Shown here: positions 1 to 15,006 of the stretch, piece by piece | How positions within the stretch are numbered: the stretch's first letter is position 1 | How the letters are laid out: each line of letters opens with the position of its first letter | Assembly: GCF_017348835.2 (NCBI RefSeq) | Contig: NZ_CP071375.1 | DNA length: 64,000 nt | Source of the DNA: Escherichia coli | Lineage (GTDB): Bacteria > Pseudomonadota > Gammaproteobacteria > Enterobacterales > Enterobacteriaceae | Reading direction: 5' to 3' (one strand) | Notes under the pieces: generated by a model | Seen by the model: only the letters and a program-made list of their open reading frames with translations | The model's database searches: none | What the model was told of the DNA's origin: nothing | Translations under genes and position numbers: made by a program

Positions 1-215
<215 letters not shown>

Positions 216-283
216 CCTTAAAGAAGCGTTCTTTGTAGTGCTCACACAGATTGTCTGATGAAAATGAGCAGTAAAACCTCTAC

Positions 284-360
<77 letters not shown>

Positions 361-402
361 AATTTGCACGGCAAATTTGAAGAGGTTTTAACTACATGTT
401 AT

Positions 403-478
403 GGGGCTATAGCTCAGCTGGGAGAGCGCCTGCTTTGCACGCAGGAGGTCTGCGGTTCGATCCCGCATAGCTCCACCA
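403..478 (+). tRNA. alaT: tRNA-Ala (TGC anticodon), rrn spacer tRNA
   Basis: GGGGCTATAGCTCAGCTGGGAGAGCGCCTGCTTTGCACGCAGGAGGTCTGCGGTTCGATCCCGCATAGCTCCACCA. Confidence 0.95.
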
Positions 479-652
479 TCTCTGTAGTGATTAAATAAAA
501 AATACTTCAGAGTGTACCTGCAAAGGTTCACTGCGAAGTTTTGCTCTTTAAAAATCTGGATCAAGCTGAAAATTGAAACACTGAACAATGAAAGTTGTTC
601 GTGAGTCTCTCAAATTTTCGCAACTCTGAAGTGAAACATCTTCGGGTTGTGA

Positions 653-3555
<2,903 letters not shown>

Positions 3556-3648
3556 ACAACGCCGAAGGTGTTTTGGCGGATTGAGAGAAGATTTTCAGCC
3601 TGATACAGATTAAATCAGAACGCAGAAGCGGTCTGATAAAACAGAATT

Positions 3649-3768
3649 TGCCTGGCGGCCGTAGCGCGGTGGTCCCACCTGACCCCATGCCGAACTCAGA
3701 AGTGAAACGCCGTAGCGCCGATGGTAGTGTGGGGTCTCCCCATGCGAGAGTAGGGAACTGCCAGGCAT
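3649..3768 (+). rRNA. rrf: 5S rRNA
   Basis: TGCCTGGCGGCCGTAGCGCGGTGGTCCCACCTGACCCCATGCC...GGGAACTGCCAGGCAT, 120 nt. Confidence 0.95.
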
Positions 3769-3780
3769 CAAATTAAGCGA

Positions 3781-3807
3781 AAGGCCATCCGTCAGGATGG
3801 CCTTTTT
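3781..3807 (+). terminator. rrn operon intrinsic terminator
   Basis: AAGGCCATCCGTCAGGATGGCCTTTTT: GC-rich hairpin followed by a T-run, directly after the 5S gene. Confidence 0.85.
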
Positions 3808-3869
3808 GCATTGGCGCAGAAAAAAATGCCGGATGCGACGCTGGCGCGTCTGCTCCAGCCTACTCTTGC

Positions 3870-4397
3870 TTATCCGTCCTGATTTTGCATCCACTCCACC
3901 ACAAAATCAGCCAGCCCCTCAACATCATTAATATCCAGTAATGCGACATCAAGATTAAGCGGCACATCACTGGCTACAGCAATAACATGCCTGTCTATCA
4001 CTAATTCTTCAGGTCGATGTCCGGCTCCATCGCGAAACAGCACAATCTTTGCGATCTCTTCATGCTTAAACTCTTCGACCAGAATCAAATCCAGCTTTGA
4101 GGTATCCATTCGACTTGCGAGAAAATGTAGATCCAGCTCTTCTTCGTCTGGTGTTTCCGTCATCAAGGCCCATCGTTGCTGGCTGGCAACGATGGTTTGT
4201 GCCGCGCCAGCCTTGCGCAGCTCATAGCTATCTTTGCCTGGCTTATCAACATCCATATCATGGTGCGTATGCTTAATCAGCCCTGGACGGATCCCTCTGG
4301 CGCATAATGCCGGGATCAGTTTTTTCAAAAGCGTAGTTTTTCCGGTACCACTCCACGCGGCAAAGGCGAGTAACGGTATCATCGTTTTTCCTGCCAT
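3870..4397 (-). CDS. mobB: Molybdopterin-guanine dinucleotide biosynthesis adapter protein MobB
   Basis: 175-aa ORF with a P-loop (GTGKTT); overlaps mobA as in the mobAB operon. Confidence 0.9.
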   Translation of the reverse strand: MAGKTMIPLLAFAAWSGTGKTTLLKKLIPALCARGIRPGLIKHTHHDMDVDKPGKDSYELRKAGAAQTIVASQQRWALMTETPDEEELDLHFLASRMDTSKLDLILVEEFKHEEIAKIVLFRDGAGHRPEELVIDRHVIAVASDVPLNLDVALLDINDVEGLADFVVEWMQNQDG

Positions 4398-4963
4398 CGG
4401 GCAAGCTCCTCTGGCGTATTCACGTTAACAAATGCATCTTTATGATCGCTGAAATCAACCGCATGACCGCCAGCCAGACGCATAAATGCCATTACCCGGC
4501 GTTCTCCTGCTTGCAGATATTCCAGTAATAAAGGCTCAATAGCGCGGTTTACCAGAGCAATAGTCGGGTGATCGCGTTCACCGTCATGGACCCACACGAC
4601 AGGCGCATCTTTGCGCTGATGATTAAGCCTGGCTGCTAAATCAGGGGGAATGTAAGGCGTATCGCACGGGCAAAACAAAAACCACTCACCAGCTTCCTGC
4701 TGCATTACTGAAAGCATTCCTGCCAGAGGGCCTGGGTAATCCGCCAGTGAATCTTCAATCACTTTCAGACCGCCTGCCTGATAGATTTCCTGATGACGAT
4801 TAGCATTAACCACGACGTGAGAGAGCTGCGTCATAAGCGCGTCAGCGACATGTTGCCACAGCGGTTTGCCATTTAAGTCCAGCAATCCTTTATCTACGCC
4901 GCCCATTCGTCTGGCTTTACCGCCTGCCAGCACAACGCCTGTTATCGTCGTCATCAGATTCAC
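4379..4963 (-). CDS. mobA: Molybdenum cofactor guanylyltransferase MobA
   Basis: 194-aa ORF beginning [22 protein letters not shown] (nucleotidyltransferase G-loop). Confidence 0.9.
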
Positions 4964-5032
4964 CGATATCGCCTCTTTTATTGTGGGATTGACCCTGCTA
5001 ACGTGTCTGTCTCAAGAGTAAGGAGCATCACT

Positions 5033-5302
5033 ATGAAATGTAAACGTCTGAATGAAGTTATTGAACTCCTCCAGCCAGCCTGGCAAAAAGAGCCAGACCT
5101 TAACCTGTTGCAATTTTTGCAGAAACTGGCGAAAGAGTCAGGTTTTGACGGCGAACTGGCGGATTTGACGGATGACATTCTGATCTATCACCTGAAAATG
5201 CGTGATTCCGCGAAAGATGCGGTGATCCCGGGTTTGCAGAAAGATTATGAAGAAGACTTCAAAACGGCGCTGTTACGCGCTCGTGGCGTAATTAAAGAGT
5301 AA
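5033..5302 (+). CDS. yihD: Small conserved protein YihD (DUF1040)
   Basis: Track ORF 5003..5302; start placed at the internal ATG (MKCKRLNEV...) preceded by the RBS AGGAGCA, giving 89 aa. Confidence 0.85.
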
Positions 5303-5378
5303 AAGCTTGTAAGCGGCGCCACCAAAATCATCGTGAAATGATATCCTTCATCATTCGTAATGTTTTCCGGATGATGGG

Positions 5379-6365
5379 ATGAACAACAGCGCTTTTACTT
5401 TCCAGACACTACACCCGGATACCATCATGGACGCTCTGTTTGAACAAGGGATCCGGGTGGATTCCGGTCTTACCCCGCTTAACAGCTATGAAAACCGTGT
5501 CTATCAATTTCAGGACGAAGATCGTCGACGTTTTGTCGTCAAATTTTATCGTCCTGAACGTTGGACAGCCGATCAAATCCTCGAAGAACATCAATTTGCG
5601 TTGCAGCTGGTAAATGATGAAGTTCCGGTTGCAGCACCTGTGGCTTTTAACGGTCAGACTTTATTGAATCATCAGGGATTTTATTTCGCTGTTTTTCCCA
5701 GCGTCGGTGGTCGCCAGTTCGAAGCTGATAATATCGATCAGATGGAAGCGGTTGGGCGTTATTTAGGGCGTATGCACCAGACGGGGCGCAAACAGCTTTT
5801 TATCCATCGCCCGACCATCGGTCTGAATGAATATCTCATTGAGCCACGCAAGCTGTTTGAGGACGCTACACTGATACCTTCCGGGTTGAAAGCGGCATTC
5901 CTGAAAGCGACAGATGAGCTGATCGCCGCCGTTACAGCACACTGGCGGGAAGACTTCACCGTTCTGCGGCTACATGGAGACTGCCACGCCGGGAATATTC
6001 TCTGGCGCGATGGTCCAATGTTTGTTGATCTGGATGATGCACGTAATGGTCCAGCTATTCAGGATTTGTGGATGTTGCTCAATGGCGATAAAGCCGAGCA
6101 GCGGATGCAACTGGAAACTATTATTGAAGCTTATGAAGAATTTAGCGAGTTCGACACCGCTGAAATCGGACTGATTGAACCTTTACGCGCCATGCGTTTG
6201 GTTTATTATCTTGCCTGGCTAATGCGGCGTTGGGCTGATCCCGCGTTCCCGAAAAATTTCCCGTGGTTAACCGGGGAAGATTACTGGCTACGACAGACGG
6301 CGACTTTTATAGAACAGGCAAAAGTTCTACAAGAACCCCCTTTGCAATTAACACCTATGTATTAA
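5379..6365 (+). CDS. srkA: Stress-response Ser/Thr protein kinase SrkA (RdoA/YihE)
   Basis: 328-aa ORF with the kinase-like motifs HGDCHAGNILW and DLDD. Confidence 0.9.
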   Translation: MNNSAFTFQTLHPDTIMDALFEQGIRVDSGLTPLNSYENRVYQFQDEDRRRFVVKFYRPERWTADQILEEHQFALQLVNDEVPVAAPVAFNGQTLLNHQGFYFAVFPSVGGRQFEADNIDQMEAVGRYLGRMHQTGRKQLFIHRPTIGLNEYLIEPRKLFEDATLIPSGLKAAFLKATDELIAAVTAHWREDFTVLRLHGDCHAGNILWRDGPMFVDLDDARNGPAIQDLWMLLNGDKAEQRMQLETIIEAYEEFSEFDTAEIGLIEPLRAMRLVYYLAWLMRRWADPAFPKNFPWLTGEDYWLRQTATFIEQAKVLQEPPLQLTPMY

Positions 6366-6381
6366 TCGGAGAGAGTAGATC

Positions 6382-7008
6382 ATGAAAAAGATTTGGCTGG
6401 CGCTGGCTGGTTTAGTTTTAGCGTTTAGCGCATCGGCGGCGCAGTATGAAGATGGTAAACAGTACACTACCCTGGAAAAACCGGTAGCTGGCGCGCCGCA
6501 AGTGCTGGAGTTTTTCTCTTTCTTCTGCCCGCACTGCTATCAGTTTGAAGAAGTTCTGCATATTTCTGATAATGTGAAGAAAAAACTGCCGGAAGGCGTG
6601 AAGATGACTAAATACCACGTCAACTTCATGGGTGGTGACCTGGGCAAAGATCTGACTCAGGCATGGGCTGTGGCGATGGCGCTGGGCGTGGAAGACAAAG
6701 TGACTGTTCCGCTGTTTGAAGGCGTACAGAAAACCCAGACCATTCGTTCTGCTTCTGATATCCGCGATGTATTTATCAACGCAGGTATTAAAGGTGAAGA
6801 GTACGACGCGGCGTGGAACAGCTTCGTGGTGAAATCTCTGGTCGCTCAGCAGGAAAAAGCTGCAGCTGACGTGCAATTGCGTGGTGTTCCGGCGATGTTT
6901 GTTAACGGTAAATATCAGCTGAATCCGCAGGGTATGGATACCAGCAATATGGATGTTTTTGTTCAGCAGTATGCTGATACAGTGAAATATCTGTCCGAGA
7001 AAAAATAA
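6382..7008 (+). CDS. dsbA: Periplasmic thiol:disulfide oxidoreductase DsbA
   Basis: 208 aa with a signal peptide and the CPHC active site ([13 protein letters not shown]). The 208-aa antisense ORF 6418..7044 is spurious. Confidence 0.95.
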
Positions 7009-7162
7009 TTCAATGTAAATTACATAAAGCCCGTGAATATTCACGGGCTTTTTTTATTATTTAATAAATATAAATACATTCTGATAATGCATCCTGCCGC
7101 TGGACATTATTTCAGCATAAGTGGATATTCAAAGTTTTGCTGTTTTATCAGGGAATATTTAT

Positions 7163-8593
7163 ATGATACGTAAGTCAGCTACAGGTGTTATTGTTGCGTT
7201 AGCCGTAATCTGGGGTGGTGGCACATGGTACACAGGTACGCAAATTCAGCCTGGTGTCGAAAAATTTATTAAAGATTTTAACGATGCTAAAAAGAAAGGT
7301 GAACATGCCTACGATATGACGTTAAGTTATCAAAATTTTGACAAAGGCTTTTTTAATTCCCGTTTTCAAATGCAAATGACATTCGATAACGGTGCACCTG
7401 ATCTCAATATCAAGCCAGGCCAGAAAGTTGTATTTGATGTGGATGTTGAGCACGGTCCGTTGCCCATCACAATGTTAATGCATGGTAATGTCATCCCAGC
7501 ACTGGCAGCGGCAAAAGTGAACTTAGTGAATAATGAACTGACACAACCGCTATTTATCGCCGCGAAAAATAAATCGCCCGTGGAAGCGACATTGCGATTC
7601 GCGTTTGGTGGCTCATTCTCCACGACATTAGATGTTGCCCCTGCAGAGTATGGAAAATTCTCTTTTGGTGAAGGCCAGTTTACTTTTAATGGTGATGGTA
7701 GTTCATTGTCTAACCTGGATATTGAAGGCAAAGTCGAAGATATTGTTCTGCAATTTTCACCAATGAACAAAGTAACGGCGAAAAGTTTTACCATTGATTC
7801 TCTGGCGCGATTAGAAGAAAAGAAATTTCCGGTTGGTGAAAGCGAGTCGAAATTTAATCAGATTAACATTATCAATCACGGGGAAGACGTTGCCCAAATC
7901 GATGCTTTCGTTGCAAAAACCAGGCTGGAACGCGTTAAAGACAAAGATTATATCAATGTCAATCTGACCTACGAACTTGATAAGTTAACAAAAGGGAATC
8001 AGCAACTCGGTAGTGGTGAGTGGTCATTGATTGCTGAATCTATTGATCCCTCAGCAGTGCGCCAATTTATCATCCAGTATAACATTGCGATGCAGAAGCA
8101 GCTTGCTGCACACCCTGAGTTAGCAAACGATGAAGTTGCTCTGCAAGAAGTGAATGCTGCATTGTTCAAAGAGTATTTACCGTTATTACAACAAAGTGAG
8201 CCGACCATTAAACAACCGGTAAGATGGAAGAACGCACTCGGCGAACTAAATGCCAATCTGGATATCAGTATTGCCGACCCAGCCAAATCTTCATCATCCA
8301 CAAACAAAGATATCAAATCGCTCAATTTTGATGTGAAGTTACCGCTTAATGTCGTCACAGAAACCGCAAAACAGCTTAATTTATCTGAAGGAATGGATGC
8401 GGAAAAAGCGCAAAAGCAGGCTGATAAACAAATCAGCGGGATGATGACATTAGGTCAGATGTTTCAGTTAATCACGATTGACAACAATACCGCCTCGCTG
8501 CAGCTGCGTTATACACCGGGTAAAGTTGTTTTTAACGGACAGGAGATGAGCGAAGAAGAATTTATGTCTCGTGCCGGACGTTTTGTTCATTAA
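7163..8593 (+). CDS. yihF: DUF945-family protein YihF
   Basis: Track ORF 7121..8593; start placed at the internal ATG (MIRKSATGVIVALAV...) with an N-terminal hydrophobic segment. Confidence 0.8.
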   Translation: MIRKSATGVIVALAVIWGGGTWYTGTQIQPGVEKFIKDFNDAKKKGEHAYDMTLSYQNFDKGFFNSRFQMQMTFDNGAPDLNIKPGQKVVFDVDVEHGPLPITMLMHGNVIPALAAAKVNLVNNELTQPLFIAAKNKSPVEATLRFAFGGSFSTTLDVAPAEYGKFSFGEGQFTFNGDGSSLSNLDIEGKVEDIVLQFSPMNKVTAKSFTIDSLARLEEKKFPVGESESKFNQINIINHGEDVAQIDAFVAKTRLERVKDKDYINVNLTYELDKLTKGNQQLGSGEWSLIAESIDPSAVRQFIIQYNIAMQKQLAAHPELANDEVALQEVNAALFKEYLPLLQQSEPTIKQPVRWKNALGELNANLDISIADPAKSSSSTNKDIKSLNFDVKLPLNVVTETAKQLNLSEGMDAEKAQKQADKQISGMMTLGQMFQLITIDNNTASLQLRYTPGKVVFNGQEMSEEEFMSRAGRFVH

Positions 8594-8633
8594 AATACTC
8601 ACTCGCCTCTGCTCATTCAGAGGCGAGTAAAAC

Positions 8634-9566
8634 TTACTTATTCTGACGCTGTGATGACATGAGAGACGTCAGAAGCCGGTCTTTTTCCTGCCACAATGAG
8701 TTCAGCCATTGCTGAAAATGGCGCTTAAAGCTTTTGTCATTGATGTAGTCGCCATGTAACTCATCGGCAATAGGCTGTAAATCCACATGTACGACAATCC
8801 GCGTCAGTTTACCGCTTAACATATCGAAGAACGGCTGACGGTTATTGTCCGGATAACACAACGTAACATTAAGCAGTTTATCGAATTGTTTACCCAGTAC
8901 ATTTAGCGCCATCGCAATGCCTGCCGCCTTTGGTGGCAACAAGTTTTGGAAAGTGGAGTGGGTTTGCTGATGTTTTTCTTGCGTGAAACGGGAGCCTTCA
9001 ACGAAATTGACAATGGTGGTGGGATGCAGGCGAAACTTTTCACAAGAACGCCGAGTGGTTTCAACATCTTTACCACGTCGCTCCGGATGACGTAATAAAT
9101 AAGCGCGGGAATAACGCTTCATAAACGGCATATCCAGCGCCCAGCACGCCAGGCCAAGAAATGGCACCCAGGCCAGCTGTTGCTTGAGGAAATATTTATT
9201 CATCGGAATGTGCTTACGAAACAGCACGCACAGTACGACAATATCTGCCCAACTACGGTGGTTACAAATAAGCAGATACCAGTTCTTCTTACTTAACCCT
9301 TCCAGCCCGTGAACTTCCCATTGCAGGTGTGGGTTCAGATGCAGTAATACCGCCAGACCTTCACACCAGCAATACATCATAAAATCACAAAAACGCGAAA
9401 CCTTTCGCCAAATGACTGGCACAGGTAGCAATAGTTTTACAATCCCGGCAATGATGATCGGGACGGAACAAAAAATAGTGACCAAAATGGTCAATACGAT
9501 ACTCAGCAAAAGGGTTATCGCAGCGAGTATTCTCGTCATAATGAATTTATTCAAAAGGTTAGCCAT
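8634..9566 (-). CDS. yihG: Putative acyltransferase YihG (PlsC-like)
   Basis: Track ORF 8634..9590; start placed at the internal Met (MANLLNKF...), giving 310 aa; contains the HRSWAD acyltransferase motif. Confidence 0.8.
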   Translation of the reverse strand: MANLLNKFIMTRILAAITLLLSIVLTILVTIFCSVPIIIAGIVKLLLPVPVIWRKVSRFCDFMMYCWCEGLAVLLHLNPHLQWEVHGLEGLSKKNWYLLICNHRSWADIVVLCVLFRKHIPMNKYFLKQQLAWVPFLGLACWALDMPFMKRYSRAYLLRHPERRGKDVETTRRSCEKFRLHPTTIVNFVEGSRFTQEKHQQTHSTFQNLLPPKAAGIAMALNVLGKQFDKLLNVTLCYPDNNRQPFFDMLSGKLTRIVVHVDLQPIADELHGDYINDKSFKRHFQQWLNSLWQEKDRLLTSLMSSQRQNK

Positions 9567-9929
9567 AGACAGTGCGCTAAAGAAGCGCAAGGCGCAGATT
9601 TTAGCAGAAAACGACCCAAATAACGGATGATCCTTAAGGAGAAAAATAATTCATATCTATCCACATTAGAAAAAATCCCATTATCTCAATTATTAGGGAT
9701 GGCTTTATTTTTAACTGCATGAAAAACAAAGACAAACATCATGCTGTAAAAAGCATGATAATAAATTAAAAGCGATGTAAATAATTTATGCACAAAGTTA
9801 TCCACATGACGATTTGCGAGCGATCCAGAAGATCTACAAAAGATTTTCACGAAAAGCGGTGAAAAACTCATGTTTTTATCCTGTCTGTGGCATCCTTTAC
9901 CCATAATCTGATAAACAGGCACGGACATT

Positions 9930-12716
9930 ATGGTTCAGATCCCCCAAAATCCACTTATCCTTGTAGATGGTTCATCTTATCTTTATCGCGCATATCACGC
10001 GTTTCCCCCGCTGACTAACAGCGCAGGCGAGCCGACCGGTGCGATGTATGGTGTCCTCAACATGCTGCGCAGTCTGATCATGCAATATAAACCGACGCAT
10101 GCAGCGGTGGTCTTTGACGCCAAGGGAAAAACCTTTCGTGATGAACTGTTTGAACATTACAAATCACATCGCCCGCCAATGCCGGACGATCTGCGAGCAC
10201 AAATCGAACCCTTGCACGCGATGGTTAAAGCGATGGGACTGCCGCTGCTGGCGGTTTCTGGCGTAGAAGCGGACGACGTTATCGGTACTCTGGCGCGCGA
10301 AGCCGAAAAAGCCGGGCGTCCGGTGCTGATCAGCACTGGCGATAAAGATATGGCGCAGCTGGTGACGCCAAATATTACGCTTATCAATACCATGACGAAT
10401 ACCATCCTCGGACCGGAAGAGGTGGTGAATAAGTACGGCGTGCCGCCAGAACTGATCATCGATTTCCTGGCGCTGATGGGTGACTCCTCTGATAACATTC
10501 CTGGCGTACCGGGCGTCGGTGAAAAAACCGCGCAGGCATTGCTGCAAGGTCTTGGCGGGCTGGATACGCTGTATGCCGAGCCAGAAAAAATTGCTGGGTT
10601 GAGCTTCCGTGGCGCGAAAACAATGGCAGCGAAGCTCGAGCAAAACAAAGAAGTTGCTTATCTCTCATACCAGCTGGCGACGATTAAAACCGACGTTGAA
10701 CTGGAGCTGACCTGTGAACAACTGGAAGTGCAGCAACCGGCAGCGGAAGAGTTGTTGGGGCTGTTCAAAAAGTATGAGTTCAAACGCTGGACTGCTGATG
10801 TCGAAGCGGGCAAATGGTTACAGGCCAAAGGGGCAAAACCCGCCGCGAAGCCACAGGAAACCAGTGTTGCAGACGAAGCACCAGAAGTGACGGCAACGGT
10901 GATTTCTTATGGCAACTACGTCACCATCCTTGATGAAGAAACACTGAAAGCGTGGATTGCGAAGCTGGAAAAAGCGCCGGTATTTGCATTTGATACCGAA
11001 ACCGACAGCCTTGATAACATCTCTGCTAACCTGGTCGGGCTTTCTTTTGCTATCGAGCCAGGCGTAGCGGCATATATTCCGGTTGCTCATGATTATCTTG
11101 ATGCGCCCGATCAAATCTCTCGCGAGCGTGCACTCGAGTTGCTAAAACCGCTGCTGGAAGATGAAAAGGCGCTGAAGGTCGGGCAAAACCTGAAATACGA
11201 TCGCGGTATTCTGGCGAATTACGGCATTGAGCTGCGTGGGATTGCGTTTGATACCATGCTGGAGTCCTACATTCTCAATAGCGTTGCTGGCCGTCACGAT
11301 ATGGACAGCCTCGCAGAACGTTGGTTGAAGCACAAAACCATCACTTTTGAAGAGATTGCGGGTAAAGGCAAAAATCAACTGACCTTTAACCAGATTGCCC
11401 TCGAAGAGGCCGGACGTTACGCCGCCGAAGATGCAGATGTCACCTTGCAGTTGCATCTGAAAATGTGGCCGGATCTGCAAAAACACAAAGGGCCGTTGAA
11501 CGTCTTCGAGAATATCGAAATGCCGCTGGTGCCGGTGCTTTCACGCATTGAACGTAACGGTGTGAAGATCGATCCGAAAGTGCTGCACAATCATTCTGAA
11601 GAGCTTACCTTGCGTCTGGCTGAGCTGGAAAAGAAAGCGCATGAAATTGCAGGTGAGGAATTTAACCTTTCTTCCACCAAGCAGTTACAAACCATTCTGT
11701 TTGAAAAACAGGGCATTAAACCGCTGAAGAAAACGCCGGGTGGCGCGCCGTCAACGTCGGAAGAGGTACTGGAAGAACTGGCGCTGGACTATCCGTTGCC
11801 AAAAGTGATTCTGGAGTATCGTGGTCTGGCGAAGCTGAAATCGACCTACACCGACAAGCTGCCGCTGATGATCAACCCGAAAACCGGGCGTGTGCATACC
11901 TCTTATCACCAGGCAGTAACTGCAACGGGACGTTTATCGTCAACCGATCCTAACCTGCAAAACATTCCGGTACGTAACGAAGAAGGTCGCCGTATCCGCC
12001 AGGCGTTTATTGCGCCAGAGGATTATGTGATTGTCTCAGCGGACTACTCGCAGATTGAACTGCGCATTATGGCGCATCTCTCGCGTGACAAAGGCTTGCT
12101 GACCGCATTCGCGGAAGGAAAAGATATCCACCGGGCAACGGCGGCAGAAGTGTTTGGTTTGCCACTGGAAACCGTCACCAGCGAGCAACGCCGTAGCGCG
12201 AAAGCGATCAACTTTGGTCTGATTTATGGCATGAGTGCTTTCGGTCTGGCGCGGCAATTGAACATTCCACGTAAAGAAGCGCAGAAGTACATGGACCTTT
12301 ACTTCGAACGCTACCCTGGCGTGCTGGAGTATATGGAACGCACCCGTGCTCAGGCGAAAGAGCAGGGCTACGTTGAAACGCTGGACGGACGCCGTCTGTA
12401 TCTGCCGGATATCAAATCCAGCAATGGTGCTCGTCGTGCAGCGGCTGAACGTGCAGCCATTAACGCGCCAATGCAGGGAACCGCCGCCGACATTATCAAA
12501 CGGGCGATGATTGCCGTTGATGCGTGGTTACAGGCTGAGCAACCGCGTGTACGTATGATCATGCAGGTACACGATGAACTGGTATTTGAAGTCCATAAAG
12601 ATGATGTCGATGCCGTCGCGAAGCAGATTCATCAACTGATGGAAAACTGTACCCGTCTGGATGTGCCGTTGCTGGTGGAAGTGGGGAGTGGCGAAAACTG
12701 GGATCAGGCGCACTAA
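9930..12716 (+). CDS. polA: DNA polymerase I
   Basis: 928-aa ORF with 5'-3' exonuclease, 3'-5' exonuclease and polymerase regions (...[14 protein letters not shown]..., ...QVHDELVFE...). Confidence 0.97.
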   Translation: MVQIPQNPLILVDGSSYLYRAYHAFPPLTNSAGEPTGAMYGVLNMLRSLIMQYKPTHAAVVFDAKGKTFRDELFEHYKSHRPPMPDDLRAQIEPLHAMVKAMGLPLLAVSGVEADDVIGTLAREAEKAGRPVLISTGDKDMAQLVTPNITLINTMTNTILGPEEVVNKYGVPPELIIDFLALMGDSSDNIPGVPGVGEKTAQALLQGLGGLDTLYAEPEKIAGLSFRGAKTMAAKLEQNKEVAYLSYQLATIKTDVELELTCEQLEVQQPAAEELLGLFKKYEFKRWTADVEAGKWLQAKGAKPAAKPQETSVADEAPEVTATVISYGNYVTILDEETLKAWIAKLEKAPVFAFDTETDSLDNISANLVGLSFAIEPGVAAYIPVAHDYLDAPDQISRERALELLKPLLEDEKALKVGQNLKYDRGILANYGIELRGIAFDTMLESYILNSVAGRHDMDSLAERWLKHKTITFEEIAGKGKNQLTFNQIALEEAGRYAAEDADVTLQLHLKMWPDLQKHKGPLNVFENIEMPLVPVLSRIERNGVKIDPKVLHNHSEELTLRLAELEKKAHEIAGEEFNLSSTKQLQTILFEKQGIKPLKKTPGGAPSTSEEVLEELALDYPLPKVILEYRGLAKLKSTYTDKLPLMINPKTGRVHTSYHQAVTATGRLSSTDPNLQNIPVRNEEGRRIRQAFIAPEDYVIVSADYSQIELRIMAHLSRDKGLLTAFAEGKDIHRATAAEVFGLPLETVTSEQRRSAKAINFGLIYGMSAFGLARQLNIPRKEAQKYMDLYFERYPGVLEYMERTRAQAKEQGYVETLDGRRLYLPDIKSSNGARRAAAERAAINAPMQGTAADIIKRAMIAVDAWLQAEQPRVRMIMQVHDELVFEVHKDDVDAVAKQIHQLMENCTRLDVPLLVEVGSGENWDQAH

Positions 12717-12863
12717 GATTCGCCTGAACATGCCCTTTTTTCGTAAGTAAGCAACATAAGCTGTCACGTTTTGTGATGGCTATTAGAAATTCCTATGCAA
12801 CAACTGAAAAAAAATTACAAAAAGTGCTTTCTGAACTGAACAAAAAAGAGTAAAGTTAGTCGC

Positions 12864-12972
12864 GTAGGGTACAGAGGTAAGATGTTCTATCTTTCAGACC
12901 TTTTACTTCACGTAATCGGATTTGGCTGAATATTTTAGCCGCCCCAGTCAGTAATGACTGGGGCGTTTTTTA
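12864..12972 (+). ncRNA. spf: Spot 42 small RNA
   Basis: GTAGGGTACAGAGGTAAGATGTTCTATCTTTCAGACC...GCCGCCCCAGTCAGTAATGACTGGGGCGTTTTTTA matches Spot 42 from memory, with a terminal hairpin and U-tract; position after polA. Confidence 0.85.
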
Positions 12973-13097
12973 TTGGGCGAAAGAAAAAATCCGCAATGCC
13001 TGATGCGCCATGTTTATCAGGCCAACGGTAGAATTGTAATCTATTGAATTTACGGGCCGGATACGCCACATCCGGCACAAGCATTAAGGCAAGAAAA

Positions 13098-13730
13098 TTA
13101 TTCGCCGTCCTGCGTTTCTTCTACAGGCTGCATCTCGCTAAACCAGGTATCCAGTTTCTGCCGCAGCTTGTCCACGCCTTGTTTCTTCAGCGAAGAAAAC
13201 GTTTCAACCTGCACATCACCGTTAAACGCCAGCACCGCTTCACGCACCATATTCAATTGCGCTTTACGTGCGCCACTTGCCAGTTTGTCCGCTTTGGTCA
13301 GCAGTACCAGCACGGCGATATTGCTGTCTACCGCCCACTCAATCATCTGCTGATCCAAATCTTTCAGCGGATGGCGAATATCCATTAGCACCACCAGACC
13401 TTGCAGGCTCTGACGTTTTTCGAGGTACTCGCCGAGCGCGCGCTGCCATTTGCGCTTCATCTCTTCCGGGACTTCCGCATAACCGTACCCAGGCAAGTCA
13501 ACCAGACGCTTGCCGTCAGCCACTTCAAACAGGTTGATAAGCTGGGTGCGTCCAGGGGTTTTTGAGGTACGAGCCAGGCTTTTCTGGTTAGTCAGCGTGT
13601 TCAGCGCGCTGGATTTACCTGCGTTGGAACGGCCTGCAAAAGCCACTTCAATTCCGGTATCGGAAGGTAGGTGGCGAATATCAGGCGCACTCATCACAAA
13701 ATGCGTCTGTTGATAATTCAAATTAGTCAA
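13098..13730 (-). CDS. engB: Ribosome-biogenesis GTPase EngB (YihA)
   Basis: 210-aa ORF with GTPase G1 (GRSNAGKSS) and G4 (TKADK) motifs. Confidence 0.92.
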
Positions 13731-14000
13731 AGCGGTCGTCTCCGTCAGTCAAAGCTTTGCGGCGATTATACCTGAACCATAATAAAAGGCGGATTTTTCG
13801 GCGTGAGCGTTGTAAGTAAAAGCCATACGCTTTGTGAGACATTGCCGATAGTCTTTATGCGAAATAGCAGAGAAAATTCTGCGATGCATGTCAAATAAGC
13901 TATATAAATCAGTGAATTGCTTTTATATAAAACTCTGAAAATGAGCAAATACTGATGGCGGTTGATTGTTTGTTTAAAGCAAAGGCGTAAAGTAGCACCC

Positions 14001-14245
14001 ATAGAGCGAGGACGCTAACAGGAACAATGACTCAGGATGAGGGTCAGGAGCGCCAGGAGGCGAAGACAGAGGATTGTCAGGAAGACAAACGTCCGGAGAC
14101 GTAATTAAACGGAAATGGAATCAACACGGATTGTTCCGGCTAATGGAAAAACAGGGTGTGTTGGCGGCCTGCAAGGATTGTAAGACCCGTTAAGGGTTAT
14201 GAGTCAGGAAAAAAGGCGACAGAGTAATCTGTCGCCTTTTTTCTT
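14001..14245 (+). ncRNA. csrC: CsrC small RNA (CsrA-sequestering)
   Basis: Multiple GGA-containing repeats (CAGGATGA, AGGAGC, CAGGAAGA, ACGGA...) and a terminal hairpin GGCGACAGAGTAATCTGTCGCCTTTTTT; lies between engB and yihI. Ends are approximate. Confidence 0.75.
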
Positions 14246-14311
14246 TGCTTGCTTTCTGTTAGATTCCGCCGCAAATCTATACTGAATAAAACGGCTAAAA
14301 GACGAACCATT

Positions 14312-14818
14312 ATGAAACCATCTTCACCATCACGCAGCAAAGGTCATGCAAAAGCGCGTCGCAAAACGCGCGAAGAGCTGAATCAGGAAGCTCGTGACCG
14401 CAAGCGTCAGAAAAAACGTCGTGGTCATGCGCCGGGCAGCCGCGCAGCGGGCGGTAACACCACGTCAGGCAGCAAAGGCCAGAACGCACCAAAAGATCCA
14501 CGTATTGGCAGTAAAACCCCTATTCCATTGGGCGTGACTGAAAAAGTCACCAAACAGCACAAACCGAAGAGTGAGAAACCTATGCTTTCACCGCAGGCGG
14601 AGTTGGAATTACTGGAAACGGATGAGCGTCTGGATGCGCTGCTGGAACGTCTGGAAGCAGGCGAAACCCTGAGCGCCGAAGAGCAATCCTGGGTGGATGC
14701 CAAACTGGATCGTATTGATGAGTTGATGCAGAAGCTCGGCCTCTCTTATGACGATGACGAAGAAGAGGAAGAAGACGAGAAGCAAGAAGACATGATGCGT
14801 CTGCTGCGGGGCAACTAA
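14312..14818 (+). CDS. yihI: Der GTPase-activating protein YihI
   Basis: Track ORF 14249..14818; start placed at [18 protein letters not shown]; highly basic N-terminus and acidic C-terminus ([14 protein letters not shown]). Confidence 0.85.
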   Translation: MKPSSPSRSKGHAKARRKTREELNQEARDRKRQKKRRGHAPGSRAAGGNTTSGSKGQNAPKDPRIGSKTPIPLGVTEKVTKQHKPKSEKPMLSPQAELELLETDERLDALLERLEAGETLSAEEQSWVDAKLDRIDELMQKLGLSYDDDEEEEEDEKQEDMMRLLRGN

Positions 14819-15006
14819 CGGATTGCCGCCGTGGGCCTTCCCGTTCTGCTGATAACCCTTCCGGTTATATGTTATCTGGTGTGGTTATTCGTTAAACTAC
14901 AGCGGTTGTCGCGGCGACAAAAGTGGCTGCGCAACCGGCTGATGACCCGAAACGGGCATCCGCCGGTACGCCGTAGCCGCCAGAGACGCCATCGGAAGGA
15001 GTGAGC

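Noticed and set aside
4234-4428. 64-aa plus-strand ORF
   Set aside because: Antisense within the mobB/mobA overlap; no RBS and no conservation expected.
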